From positions 7,070 to 71,069 of the forward strand of contig CASEKC010000001.1 in NCBI GenBank assembly GCA_949288485.1: a stretch of DNA of 64,000 nt. Reading direction: 5' to 3'. Made by a program: the position numbers and the translations under genes. Positions 1 through 8,841 of the stretch are shown piece after piece (positions within the stretch are counted from its first letter, which is position 1; each line of letters begins with the position of its first letter). The stretch is from an uncultured bacterium. Its GTDB lineage: Bacteria; Bacillota_I; Bacilli_A; RFN20; CAG-826. The notes under the pieces are model-generated. The model worked only from the letters and a program-made list of their open reading frames with translations, was not told where the DNA came from and searched no databases.

Positions 1-224
1 TTAAAATTACGATTATAAAATCTTTTTAATAAAGAAAGAGGATATGAACTTAAGTTAACATCTTTTTCATCAAGTATATATCCTAAACTTAAAAAGGAAG
101 TTTTTAAGTTTAATATTTCTTCTCCATTATTTATATTTTTATCTTCTTCATTATCAAGTGAAGGAAGATTATCAATATAAATAATGTTATTTTTTAATAA
201 TAAATAAAGAATTTCTTTTGTCAT
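1..224 (-). CDS. hypothetical protein, N-terminal part (gene continues beyond window start)
   Basis: Reverse-strand ORF opens with ATG at 222-224 preceded by an AAGGAGA-like RBS (reverse complement of 228-240); translated MTKEILYLLLKNNIIYIDNLPSLDNEEDKN...; no recognisable domain. Confidence 0.4.
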   Translation of the reverse strand, partial: MTKEILYLLLKNNIIYIDNLPSLDNEEDKNINNGEEILNLKTSFLSLGYILDEKDVNLSSYPLSLLKRFYNRNF

Positions 225-387
225 AACCTGCTTTCTCCTTTCGTTACAAACATTATAAGAATGTATTTATATAGAAGAAAGGTAGTAAAATAAATATATT
301 TTTTGACCCCATAAAATTAGGACAAATATCATTATTTATAAAAATTTATATATACTTTTTGCACCCATTTTAGGTACAATTTATTAT

Positions 388-1362
388 ATGGAAGAGAAAA
401 TTAAAATAAGTATTAGTGAAGAAATATATGAATTATTAAAAAAAGATTCATTAGATTTTGATATTACTCACAAAAATAAAAAGATAAATTTAAATCTCTT
501 TTTAAATATATTAATAGCGAATTATTATGAAGATTTTTCTAAAATAGATTTATCAATCAATAAAAATATTTCAAAAATTATTAATAATGATGATCCAGAA
601 TTAATTAAAAAAATTATTCAGTGTGTAAATAATTCAGATTCTTTATTAAAAAAGAAAGAGAAAACTAAGTCTTTTTCTTTTAGACCAACAAAATTAATTG
701 AAAAAATAGTAGTACATATTACAAATTATTTAATTAATGGTGAATCAATATCGTCTTTTTATCGTCGTTTATTTACTAGTTATTCTAAAAAAATCAAAAA
801 TGAAAGAGAAAAAATAATCTTTAAAGAAACATATAATAATATTTTAAATTCAATAAAAGAAAGAAAAAAAGCTTTTATTGAATTTAAAAGTGGAGCAATC
901 TATAAAGATGCTTCAATATATGATATTAAAACTCCTAAAGATGAATTTTATAATTATGTTTTATTTGAAACTAATAATGGAATAAGAGTAACTGTTAGAT
1001 TATGTAAAATTAAACAAGTTATTGTTTTATCATCGCCATCTTCATTTTTAGATAAAAATATAACTTTATTTAAAAAAAGTATTAAATATGGTGTTCAATA
1101 TTTATTGGAAGATAATGAAAATGAACCAGTTAAAATTGCTTTATCTTCTAAAGGAATAAAGTTATATAATCGAATTTATCTTTATCGTCCAGATTATGAA
1201 GATGTTAAAAATAATATTTATACGTTTAATGGACCATATGATCATATTCTTCAATATTTTAGAAGATTTGGTAAAGAAGCATTCATTATTTCACCATTAT
1301 CTTTAAGAAAGAAAATGGAATATTTTTATAGTGAAGCTTATAAACGATATAAGAGGTATTAG
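388..1362 (+). CDS. hypothetical protein; possible WYL-domain-like regulator
   Basis: 324-aa ORF. Internal segment FYNYVLFETNNGIRVTVRLCKI resembles the WYL core (aromatic-Y-L ... R.FRldRI) and the C-terminus ...FGKEAFIISPLSLRKKM resembles the WYL C-terminal beta-hairpin. Weak, from-memory comparison. Confidence 0.5.
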   Translation: MEEKIKISISEEIYELLKKDSLDFDITHKNKKINLNLFLNILIANYYEDFSKIDLSINKNISKIINNDDPELIKKIIQCVNNSDSLLKKKEKTKSFSFRPTKLIEKIVVHITNYLINGESISSFYRRLFTSYSKKIKNEREKIIFKETYNNILNSIKERKKAFIEFKSGAIYKDASIYDIKTPKDEFYNYVLFETNNGIRVTVRLCKIKQVIVLSSPSSFLDKNITLFKKSIKYGVQYLLEDNENEPVKIALSSKGIKLYNRIYLYRPDYEDVKNNIYTFNGPYDHILQYFRRFGKEAFIISPLSLRKKMEYFYSEAYKRYKRY

Positions 1363-1424
1363 TTATAAGAAAATTGCTAATTAACTAGTAATTATATTTA
1401 TTAAATGAAAAAGTATTATCTTCG

Positions 1425-1720
1425 TTAATTACTAAAACATTAATGTAATATGGAGAATCTATACAAATATTATCTTTTCCAAAATAAATATTATATGGAT
1501 CATCTTTATTAAAATGTGATACCTATAAATGACCATGAATTACTTTATCATAATTAAAATTATTAAAAGGTATCTTTGGTAAATATTTATTTGAATTAGT
1601 ATTTATTTCTATTATTAACCACAATGTTTTTTCTTCAGCTAATAACTTTTTATCATTTTTATACAATCGTATCTATTAAAATTATCTTTATAAATTTCAT
1701 AACTATATTTATGTGTAAAT
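1425..1720 (-). pseudogene. degraded metallophosphoesterase-like remnant, paralog of the 8842-9453 gene
   Basis: Reverse-strand translation gives ...KVIHGHL*VSHFNKDDPYNIYFGKDNICIDSPYY..., matching ...IINVHGHLHNNEVINNKNYICVSAKTVNY... of the intact gene at 8842. Interrupted by stops, no intact ORF. Confidence 0.3.
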
Positions 1721-1778
1721 CACTATGACGTTGATATGGTTAAAATTGTTTAGATAAAAATCTTTAGGAGGTATTCTT

Positions 1779-2759
1779 ATGGCAAAAAAACGTGTTTTTT
1801 CTATAAAATCAGAATTGTTAACAAAATCTCGTGAAGCTATGTTAGCGGCAGTTCAAATTTATAATAATCCACGTATCACATTTAAAACTGAATCATTCAT
1901 TACACTATCAGTAATAAGTTGGACTTATCTTCTTCATGCTTATTTCAGGACAATAAAGGTGGATTATCGATATTTTGAAATAAAAGGTAAAAGAAAAATA
2001 TATAGTAAAACTAGATACGGCGCGTTTAAATTACGGGGATTAGAAACTTGTATAAAAGATATTAAATGCCCTTTAGACAAAGATACTATTACTAATCTCG
2101 AATTTATTATTGGTTTAAGACATGAAGTCGAACATCAAATGACCAATAAAATTGATGAATATTTGAGTGCGAAACTTCAAGCCTGTGCTCTCAACTATGA
2201 TTATTATATTTGTAAGTTGTTTGGTGATAAATATAACCTAAGTAATGAATTATCTTTGGCAATACAGTTTTCTCCTCTAACTCAAAATCAACAACAATTT
2301 TTAATAAATAATCCACATTGTACTTCGAATGTTGCCAATTTTGTTGTTAATTTTGAGAAAAATCTTTCAGACGAAATACTAAGTAGTTCGCGCTATGCGT
2401 ATAGAATTTTGTTTGTGCCAATTAACGCAAAAAGGAAAGGTCAAGCTGACCAAGTGATTGAATTTATTGATAGTAAATCACCTCTTGCAGATAGTATAGA
2501 AAAGAAATATGCTGTTTTAAAAGAGACAGAAAAGAAAAAGTACCTACCTGGTGAAGTGGTTAAAATAATGAACGAAAAAGGATATAATCTTTTTTCAATG
2601 ACTAGACATACTGAACTTTGGAAAGCAAAGAACGCAAAAGACCCTAGTCTTGGGTACGGGGTACTAGTTGCTAAAACCTGGTATTGGTATGAAAGTCGGG
2701 TTAATGAAGTGAAGAAACATTGTTTGTTGAACAAAAATAAATACAAAAACAATGGTTAA
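1779..2759 (+). CDS. HEPN-like / DUF3644-like protein (candidate abortive-infection-type effector)
   Basis: 326-aa ORF with GGAGG RBS at 1766-1770. N-terminus AMLAAVQIYNNPRITFKTESFITLSVISWTYLLHAY resembles the DUF3644 N-terminal signature; GLRHEVEH is an R-x4-H HEPN-type motif. GC clearly above flanks (e.g. ggcgcgtttaaattacgggg). Confidence 0.6.
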   Translation: MAKKRVFSIKSELLTKSREAMLAAVQIYNNPRITFKTESFITLSVISWTYLLHAYFRTIKVDYRYFEIKGKRKIYSKTRYGAFKLRGLETCIKDIKCPLDKDTITNLEFIIGLRHEVEHQMTNKIDEYLSAKLQACALNYDYYICKLFGDKYNLSNELSLAIQFSPLTQNQQQFLINNPHCTSNVANFVVNFEKNLSDEILSSSRYAYRILFVPINAKRKGQADQVIEFIDSKSPLADSIEKKYAVLKETEKKKYLPGEVVKIMNEKGYNLFSMTRHTELWKAKNAKDPSLGYGVLVAKTWYWYESRVNEVKKHCLLNKNKYKNNG

Positions 2760-2932
2760 TTTTTTTAAATTAAGAATCTATTTTAAAATGAAGATAGTTA
2801 TATACTGACAACTTTCTATTACAATAAAAATATTTCTTTTATTTTTTACTATTTTTACTATTTTTATAACATTTATTATTGTTATAAAAATAAGGTAAGA
2901 TAAAGAAATAAGATTTAAGAGGTATCAAATAT

Positions 2933-3373
2933 ATGGAAAATAAGTTTTTAATAAAAATTAGTGGTGTAATAATGATATTAAATATGATTGTTACTTTACT
3001 AGGAGTAATTTTTAAGCAACGTGAAATAGAAATAGATGAAATAAAAATAATCCAATATATAGTAATTTACTTTATTTTAGCTAGTATTGTAACAGGTTTA
3101 TCATTTTTCATTGGTAATGAAAAATATAATAATAAATATAATTTTACTTTATTACTTTTAATTTATTTATTATTAGGTGGAACAACATACTTTAATATAA
3201 GTATTATTTATATCTATGAAGATATTAATTTAATGTTATTCTTTAAATATTTTAATATAGTATGTTTTTCTTTAAGTGCTTTATTTGCTCTATTTTATGG
3301 AGTATCTAATTTAGATAATTTAACCTTTGAAATAAAAAATTTAAAAACAAGACTTAATAAATTAGAAGATTGA
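2933..3373 (+). CDS. small multi-pass membrane protein (probably the N-terminal part of a frameshifted membrane-SHOCT gene)
   Basis: 146 aa, four or more hydrophobic segments. Followed in the +1 frame by a start-less SHOCT-like tail (3375-3580). Confidence 0.5.
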   Translation: MENKFLIKISGVIMILNMIVTLLGVIFKQREIEIDEIKIIQYIVIYFILASIVTGLSFFIGNEKYNNKYNFTLLLLIYLLLGGTTYFNISIIYIYEDINLMLFFKYFNIVCFSLSALFALFYGVSNLDNLTFEIKNLKTRLNKLED

Positions 3374-3374
3374 A

Positions 3375-3580
3375 CAAATTAATTCAACAAACTTTTTAAT
3401 TTCTAAAGTAAAAGAAAATAATAATATATTTGCTGATTCTAATATAAATAATATTTTAAATAATAAATTATTAAGTAATGAAGAAAAGATTTATAAACTT
3501 ATCGAACTTAAAAATAAAGATGAAATAAGTTTAGAAGAATATGAAAGAGCAGTTAAACTAATTATTGAAGGTAAATAATA
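3375..3580 (+). pseudogene. SHOCT-like C-terminal fragment displaced by a frameshift from the upstream membrane ORF
   Basis: Frame translation ...NKLLSNEEKIYKLIELKNKDEISLEEYERAVKLIIEGK* has no start codon. It resembles the short C-terminal SHOCT motif typical of membrane proteins. Confidence 0.3.
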
Positions 3581-3606
3581 TTTATTTATTAATCTATATA
3601 TTTATT

Positions 3607-4321
3607 ATGAGTATATTACAAAAATTATTTAAAAGAATATTTAAGAATAAAATAAATAATTATAAAGGAAAGAAAGGAGAAAAAAGAGTTAATAAAAAAC
3701 TTAATCCATTCTTTTCTTTTCTTATTCAATTAATCTAAGTGATTATATCTTTATTGATGAGAAAAATATTTCTCATCAATTAGATCATATTGAAATAAGA
3801 AGTAATGGAATATTTGTTATCGAAACTAAAAACTATATTGGAAAGATATATGGAGAGAAAGCTAGTAGTAAGTGGAGACAAGTTTTATATAATAAGATTA
3901 ATTATTTTTATAATCCATTAAAACAAAATAATTCTCATATTTATCATTTAAATAAACATTAAATGATAAATATAAAATTAATTCTTTAATCGTATTTACT
4001 AATAATAATGCACCTTTTATAGAAGATATAGATAATTGTATTAATTTAGAGAAGTTAAAAGAATATTTAGAAAATTTTGATAATGGAATAAAATTAAAAA
4101 AAGAAGAAATAGATTCTATATATAATGAATTAATTGAAAAAGAAGTTGATGTAGATCAAGATAAACATTTAGAAAATATTGATAAACAAAAAGAAGATAT
4201 TAAAAATGGAATATGTCCTAGATGTGGAGCAAAAATAGTTAAAAGAAATGGTAAATATGATGAATTTTATGGATGAACTAATTATCCTAAGTGTAATTTT
4301 AAGATTAAAGATATAGAATAA
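3607..4321 (+). pseudogene. NERD-domain nuclease with C-terminal topoisomerase-type C4 zinc ribbon, disrupted
   Basis: NERD signature DYIFIDEKNISHQLDHIEIRSNGIFVIETKNYIGKIYGEKASSKWRQVLY...NPLKQN recovered only by changing frame twice (stop at 3736; 1-nt loss near 3957). Zinc ribbon CPRCGAK...YG[TGA]TNYPKC has TGA where the third Cys is expected. Confidence 0.6.
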
Positions 4322-4403
4322 GTAAGATTTTTACTAATGTTAAAAAACAATGAAAATTCAAAAATAAGCATTAAGTATTGTATAAGGAAAAATAGGTGCT
4401 GGA

Positions 4404-5759
4404 ATGAGTGATTTATTTCAAAACGAAGATATTATTGTTACAAGCGTTGATAAATTATTAAACGCTAATTTAATTATCCCAAAATATCAAAGATCATATA
4501 AATGGACCGTTAAAAATGTTAATAATTTACTTTTAGATATTAAAGAAGCAATTGATAATAGTGAAAAATTTGGAAATGAATTCAAATATCGAATAGGAAC
4601 AATTATTTTATATGAAAATAATAATGAATATAACCATCAACAATATGAAATTGTTGATGGCCAACAAAGAATAATTACTTTAAGTTTAATAAAATATGTT
4701 TTAGAAGAATTAAATAATAATTCTAATAATGAAAATTATATTAATGTTAATATTAATAACTCTATTTTAAAAAATAATTATTTTTTTGATGAAACTACAA
4801 GAATAAATTTAAATATTAACTATAAACGTATTAAAGATTATTTTTCTTTAAATAATTCAATAGAATTTCATAAATCATTTTTAGAATCTTTTGAAAAGAT
4901 TTTAGAAGCAGTAGTTGTTAAAGTAGATAAAATAAGTGAAGCTTTTCAACTTTTTGATTCTCAAAATACAAGAGGTAAAGCTTTATATCCTCATGATTTG
5001 TTAAAAGCTTATCATCTTAGAGAAATGAAAGATGATAGATATCAAATGATTCTCGCTGTTAAAAAGTGGGAAGAGAAAGATGATGAAGAGATTAAAATAC
5101 TTTTAGAAGAATATTTATTTCCTATTTGGAATTGGTCAAAAGGTTTTAAAACTAAAACTTTTAGTTCAAATGAGATTGATGTCTATAAAGGAATTAATGA
5201 AAAATATAATTATACATATGCTAAAAGAGCAGTCAATGCAATGCCTTATTTCCAAATAGGAGAACCATTTATTTCCGGAAATGATTTTTTTGAAATGATT
5301 CATTATTATTCCATCTTATTAGAAGATGTTAAAAAAGAAATAAAAGAAAATTATAATAAAATCTATGATATTTTAGAAAATAAAGAATATTGTAAAAGCA
5401 AAGGTTTTAAATATGCAAAAAATCTTTTTTATTGTGGAGTGCTTCATTACTATGATAAATTTAATAGGTTTGATAATGGGGCAATAAAAAAGATTTTTAC
5501 ATATGCATTTATGTTAAGAGTAGATATGGAAAATCTTAGTTATGAATCGATTAATAAGTATGCAATTGGTGAATCCAATGAAAGATATACAAATGAAAGA
5601 CCTTTATTTATGATTATAAATAATGCTAGATTACATAGTGAAATAACCGAATTAGATATCATTATTGATATTAAAAATAAAGATAAGAAAAAAGAAAACT
5701 GGAAAATGCTACATGATAGCATTTTAGAAATTAATGGAGTAAAGAAAAATGAGCAATAA
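4404..5759 (+). CDS. DUF262 (ParB/GmrS-like) domain protein
   Basis: IIPKYQRSYKWT and EIVDGQQRIITLSL motifs plus FQLFDSQNTRGKALYPHDLLKAY. No DUF1524/HNH tail. Stop overlaps the next start by 11 nt. Confidence 0.75.
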   Translation: MSDLFQNEDIIVTSVDKLLNANLIIPKYQRSYKWTVKNVNNLLLDIKEAIDNSEKFGNEFKYRIGTIILYENNNEYNHQQYEIVDGQQRIITLSLIKYVLEELNNNSNNENYINVNINNSILKNNYFFDETTRINLNINYKRIKDYFSLNNSIEFHKSFLESFEKILEAVVVKVDKISEAFQLFDSQNTRGKALYPHDLLKAYHLREMKDDRYQMILAVKKWEEKDDEEIKILLEEYLFPIWNWSKGFKTKTFSSNEIDVYKGINEKYNYTYAKRAVNAMPYFQIGEPFISGNDFFEMIHYYSILLEDVKKEIKENYNKIYDILENKEYCKSKGFKYAKNLFYCGVLHYYDKFNRFDNGAIKKIFTYAFMLRVDMENLSYESINKYAIGESNERYTNERPLFMIINNARLHSEITELDIIIDIKNKDKKKENWKMLHDSILEINGVKKNEQ

Positions 5760-7713
5760 TAAAGGAGTAAAAAAAATACAAATTTTTGAAGGTGGAAATA
5801 CATCTATTTTTAGTAAACAAAGTTTTGTTATTCCTTTATATCAAAGAGCTTATGCTTGGAAAGAAAAAGAAATAGAACAACTTATAGATGATATTGATGA
5901 TATTGAAGATACAGTTGATCATTATTATATCGGAACATTAATTGTCCATAATAGAAACAAAGATTCAGATAATGATATTAATAATCAAAGCTCTGAAGAA
6001 AATACAAAACCTTTAGAAGTAATAGATGGACAACAACGATTAACAACTCTATTTTTATTGTTTAATTATTTAAATATTTGTGAAAAAAATGACGGTCATT
6101 TAACTTTTGAATGTAGAGATCGCTCGAATGATACTTTGAATAATCTTCTTCAAATAAATAATAATACTTATCAAGGAGATCTTGATAAACTAGAAAAGTC
6201 TATAATCGATGGTTCAAAAATAATTAAATCGAAATTTCGTGAAATAGAAGATCAAGATGAGTTTAAAAAGAAGTTAGAAAAGGTAGTTTTATACCAAATT
6301 GAAGTTCCTAAAAATACTGATTTAAATAGATATTTTGAAATCATGAATAGTAGAGGAGAACAACTCGAGCAACACGATATTTTAAAAGCCAAGTTGATTG
6401 ATTTCTTGGATAAAAATGATGAAAAAAGTAGAACTGTTTTTTCAACAATATGGGATGCTTGTAGAGATATGGACGATTATGTACAAATGCATTTCCATAG
6501 TGTTGGAAATAAAATAAGAAATACAATATTTGGGCAAAATTGGGATTATTATCCTAATAAAACTTGGGAAAATTTTTTAACTTGTTTTTCTAATGAAAAA
6601 GATGATAATAAAGAGTTTTCTTTTGAGAGTATTATAAAAACCGATATAAATAAATCGTATTTCAATGTGAAATTTGAAAATAATGACCAAGTTAGATTTA
6701 CGAGCATTATTAATAATTTTACTTACTTTTTATTGCATACTTTAAAAGTTTTTGTGAGATTTCATAAGTTAAAAAACGAAAATGATGAAGATTTTGTTTT
6801 AGAAGAATTATTAGATGATAAAAAATTAATTTCTTCTTTTGATAAGGTAATAAATGAAGCTTTTTATGAAAAGAAAAAAGTATCAGAAAATAAAAGTCAA
6901 TTTTCACAAGATTTCATTATTCTTTTGTTAAAAACGAGATTTCTTTATGATCGATTTATTATTAAAAGTGAAAAATCTGAAACTAATAAAGATGGAGAAT
7001 GGAGCTTAAATAGAATTGATACTTCTGGGCAACAAAGTAAAAAGAGAAGTTATTATCGTGATACTTTTTATAAAGCTGAACAAGAAAATTGTTTAATGTT
7101 AGAAGCTTGTTTACGTATTTCATATACTTCACCAAAAATAATGCACTGGATAACATATGCATTATATGATTTAATCGATAATCCTGATGGTAAAAATTTA
7201 TATAACACTCTTGAACAATATACAAAAGGAGAAATTAAGAAGAATTTTTTTGATAAAAAAGATTACGACACAATGGGTTTAGATACACCACATATTGTAT
7301 TTAATTATTTGGATTTCATTTTATGGAAAAACGAACGAAAGAACAGCCAATACCAAAACTTATTTAATGATTTTGAATTTAATTTTAGAAATTCGGTTGA
7401 ACATTTTTATCCCCAACATCCAACTGAAGTAGAAAGTGTTGGTGAAAAAGCTAATTATTTTGGTAATTTAGCATTATTATCTAGAGAAATAAATTCAAAA
7501 TTCAGTAATCTTACTCCTAGACAAAAAATTGAATATGGCGAAACAAAAACAGGTAGTTTAAAACTTAGACTTATGAGCGACATCATAAGAAATATGGATG
7601 AAAAAACTCAATCTTGGATTCAAGGTGGAGAAAGTAGTGAGTGCTTTAAACACGGTGAAAAAATGTTAGATATACTTTATGAGAATATATATAGTGATAA
7701 AAGGAATAAATAG
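5749..7713 (+). CDS. GmrSD-family type IV restriction-like protein (DUF262 N-terminus + DUF1524 His-Me finger C-terminus)
   Basis: IPLYQRAYAWKEKEI, VIDGQQRLTTLFLL (DUF262). C-terminus FNFRNSVEHFYPQHP...GNLALLSREINSKFSN (DUF1524-like). Translationally coupled to 4404-5759. Confidence 0.8.
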   Translation: MSNNKGVKKIQIFEGGNTSIFSKQSFVIPLYQRAYAWKEKEIEQLIDDIDDIEDTVDHYYIGTLIVHNRNKDSDNDINNQSSEENTKPLEVIDGQQRLTTLFLLFNYLNICEKNDGHLTFECRDRSNDTLNNLLQINNNTYQGDLDKLEKSIIDGSKIIKSKFREIEDQDEFKKKLEKVVLYQIEVPKNTDLNRYFEIMNSRGEQLEQHDILKAKLIDFLDKNDEKSRTVFSTIWDACRDMDDYVQMHFHSVGNKIRNTIFGQNWDYYPNKTWENFLTCFSNEKDDNKEFSFESIIKTDINKSYFNVKFENNDQVRFTSIINNFTYFLLHTLKVFVRFHKLKNENDEDFVLEELLDDKKLISSFDKVINEAFYEKKKVSENKSQFSQDFIILLLKTRFLYDRFIIKSEKSETNKDGEWSLNRIDTSGQQSKKRSYYRDTFYKAEQENCLMLEACLRISYTSPKIMHWITYALYDLIDNPDGKNLYNTLEQYTKGEIKKNFFDKKDYDTMGLDTPHIVFNYLDFILWKNERKNSQYQNLFNDFEFNFRNSVEHFYPQHPTEVESVGEKANYFGNLALLSREINSKFSNLTPRQKIEYGETKTGSLKLRLMSDIIRNMDEKTQSWIQGGESSECFKHGEKMLDILYENIYSDKRNK

Positions 7714-7847
7714 ATAGTTTTTAAACTAATTTTTGGAGAACATCTAAAATATAATATAACAGTTTCGTTATAAAAATGAGATAAGATAAAAAGAAATAAA
7801 AATTTAATTTATCTGCATTTTAAAAAAATATAAAAAGTGAGGCATGC

Positions 7848-8460
7848 ATGTGTAAGAAAAAAATTGATTTTAATAAAATATTCGAGGAATTTTTAATGAA
7901 CTTTGTAATCGTCAAAAAGATAGAAAAATTACTGAAGATACAATTCGATGTATATTATTTACGCAAATATATAATTTTGATAACGATTTAAATAATTATG
8001 TTTTGGAATAACCTTATCGTGGAAATGAGGAACCGTTTTTAAATAGCAAATTTAGTGGACAATTAAAATCAGATAAAAATGAATTAGATTTATTTTATTA
8101 TAATGATTCAAATAATTACGCTATAGAAATCTAATTTCATAGAAAACCCAATACGGCAGCAGCATATCCAAAGAATGCTGGTGAAGTTTTTGATGATATA
8201 AGAAGATTAAATTTAATTAAGGAAAATAATATCATTAAATATTTTGTTTATATAACTGATGATGATATGTACTATTACTATCTATCAGAAGGAGGAAAAA
8301 AGGGAATTCAAATAAGTTATTGAATGAAAATTTTAGAAAATTCTTTAATTGTAAATTAGGTTGTAATATCGAATTTAATAATAATACAAAAATCAGGGTA
8401 AATAGAATAAAAACTTTTTTAGAAAATGCATCAAAATCTTTTGCAAAAAATATGTAATTT
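7848..8460 (+). pseudogene. multiply interrupted ORF, possible PD-(D/E)XK-type nuclease remnant
   Basis: Protein-like translation only by hopping frames across several stops. Segment ELDLFYYNDSNNYAIEI[TAA]FHRK gives a D...E-x-K-like pattern. Confidence 0.3.
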
Positions 8461-8504
8461 GAAAGACATTTTAGATTTAAAATTAAAAATTTTGACAATT
8501 AACA

Positions 8505-8765
8505 CTATAAGGATTGCAAACAAATGGTACGAGTAGTTAAATCTGACTCAACTGCAAAGGTAAACGATTGGATTGTTTTAAAAAAACTTACTTCCGACGT
8601 TTAGTGAAAGTTGCTAGGAAATCTAGCCTAATCTATTAATCTTCTTGTCTTAGAAGATGGAGTTAGTAGTGTATAAGTCGTTCTTATACGCTAGGGCTAA
8701 TTTCGATTAGTGGCCGAATAAACAAAATTTAATTAAGAGTAAGGCGAAGGCTTACAAAGTTTATT
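8505..8765 (+). ncRNA. GC-rich structured RNA-like element of unknown family
   Basis: No ORF >=60 aa on either strand. GC far above surroundings. Several local hairpins: atcttc/gaagat; gtataag-tcgtt-cttatac; ggctaat-ttcg-attagt; gtaag-gcgaagg-cttac with GNRA-like loop. Ends at a strong intrinsic terminator. Confidence 0.25.
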
Positions 8766-8767
8766 TA

Positions 8768-8800
8768 TCTTAAAACCCCTCCTTTAATGAAGGGGTTTTA
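8768..8800 (+). terminator. Rho-independent terminator
   Basis: aaaaccccTCCtttaatgaaGGAggggtttta: GC-rich stem, T-run; immediately upstream of the RBS of the 8842 gene. Confidence 0.7.
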
Positions 8801-8841
8801 AGATAAATAATAATAATGATTAAAAAGGAGGTGAAATATAT

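Noticed and set aside
2441-2752. Antisense small ORFs from the six-frame track (e.g. 2441-2752 -, 5540-5803 -, 23146-23391 -, 33277-33477 -, 44103-44336 -)
   Set aside because: All lie wholly inside longer, well-supported genes on the opposite strand and translate to low-complexity F/L/I/S-rich peptides typical of AT-rich antisense frames.
4261-4321. In-frame TGA inside a conserved zinc-ribbon motif suggested genetic code 4 (UGA=Trp, Mycoplasma-like)
   Set aside because: Dozens of long housekeeping ORFs (alaS 865 aa, pnp, infB, ftsK) are intact and terminate properly under the standard code. The TGA sits where the zinc-ribbon consensus expects Cys (TGT/TGC), so it is a nonsense mutation in a pseudogene, not Trp decoding.
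8690-8730. tRNA/tmRNA-like T-arm (ggctaatTTCGAttagtggcc) inside the GC-rich element
   Set aside because: The loop is too short for a canonical T-loop and there is no acceptor stem, anticodon arm, CCA-adjacent structure, or tmRNA tag-peptide reading frame.
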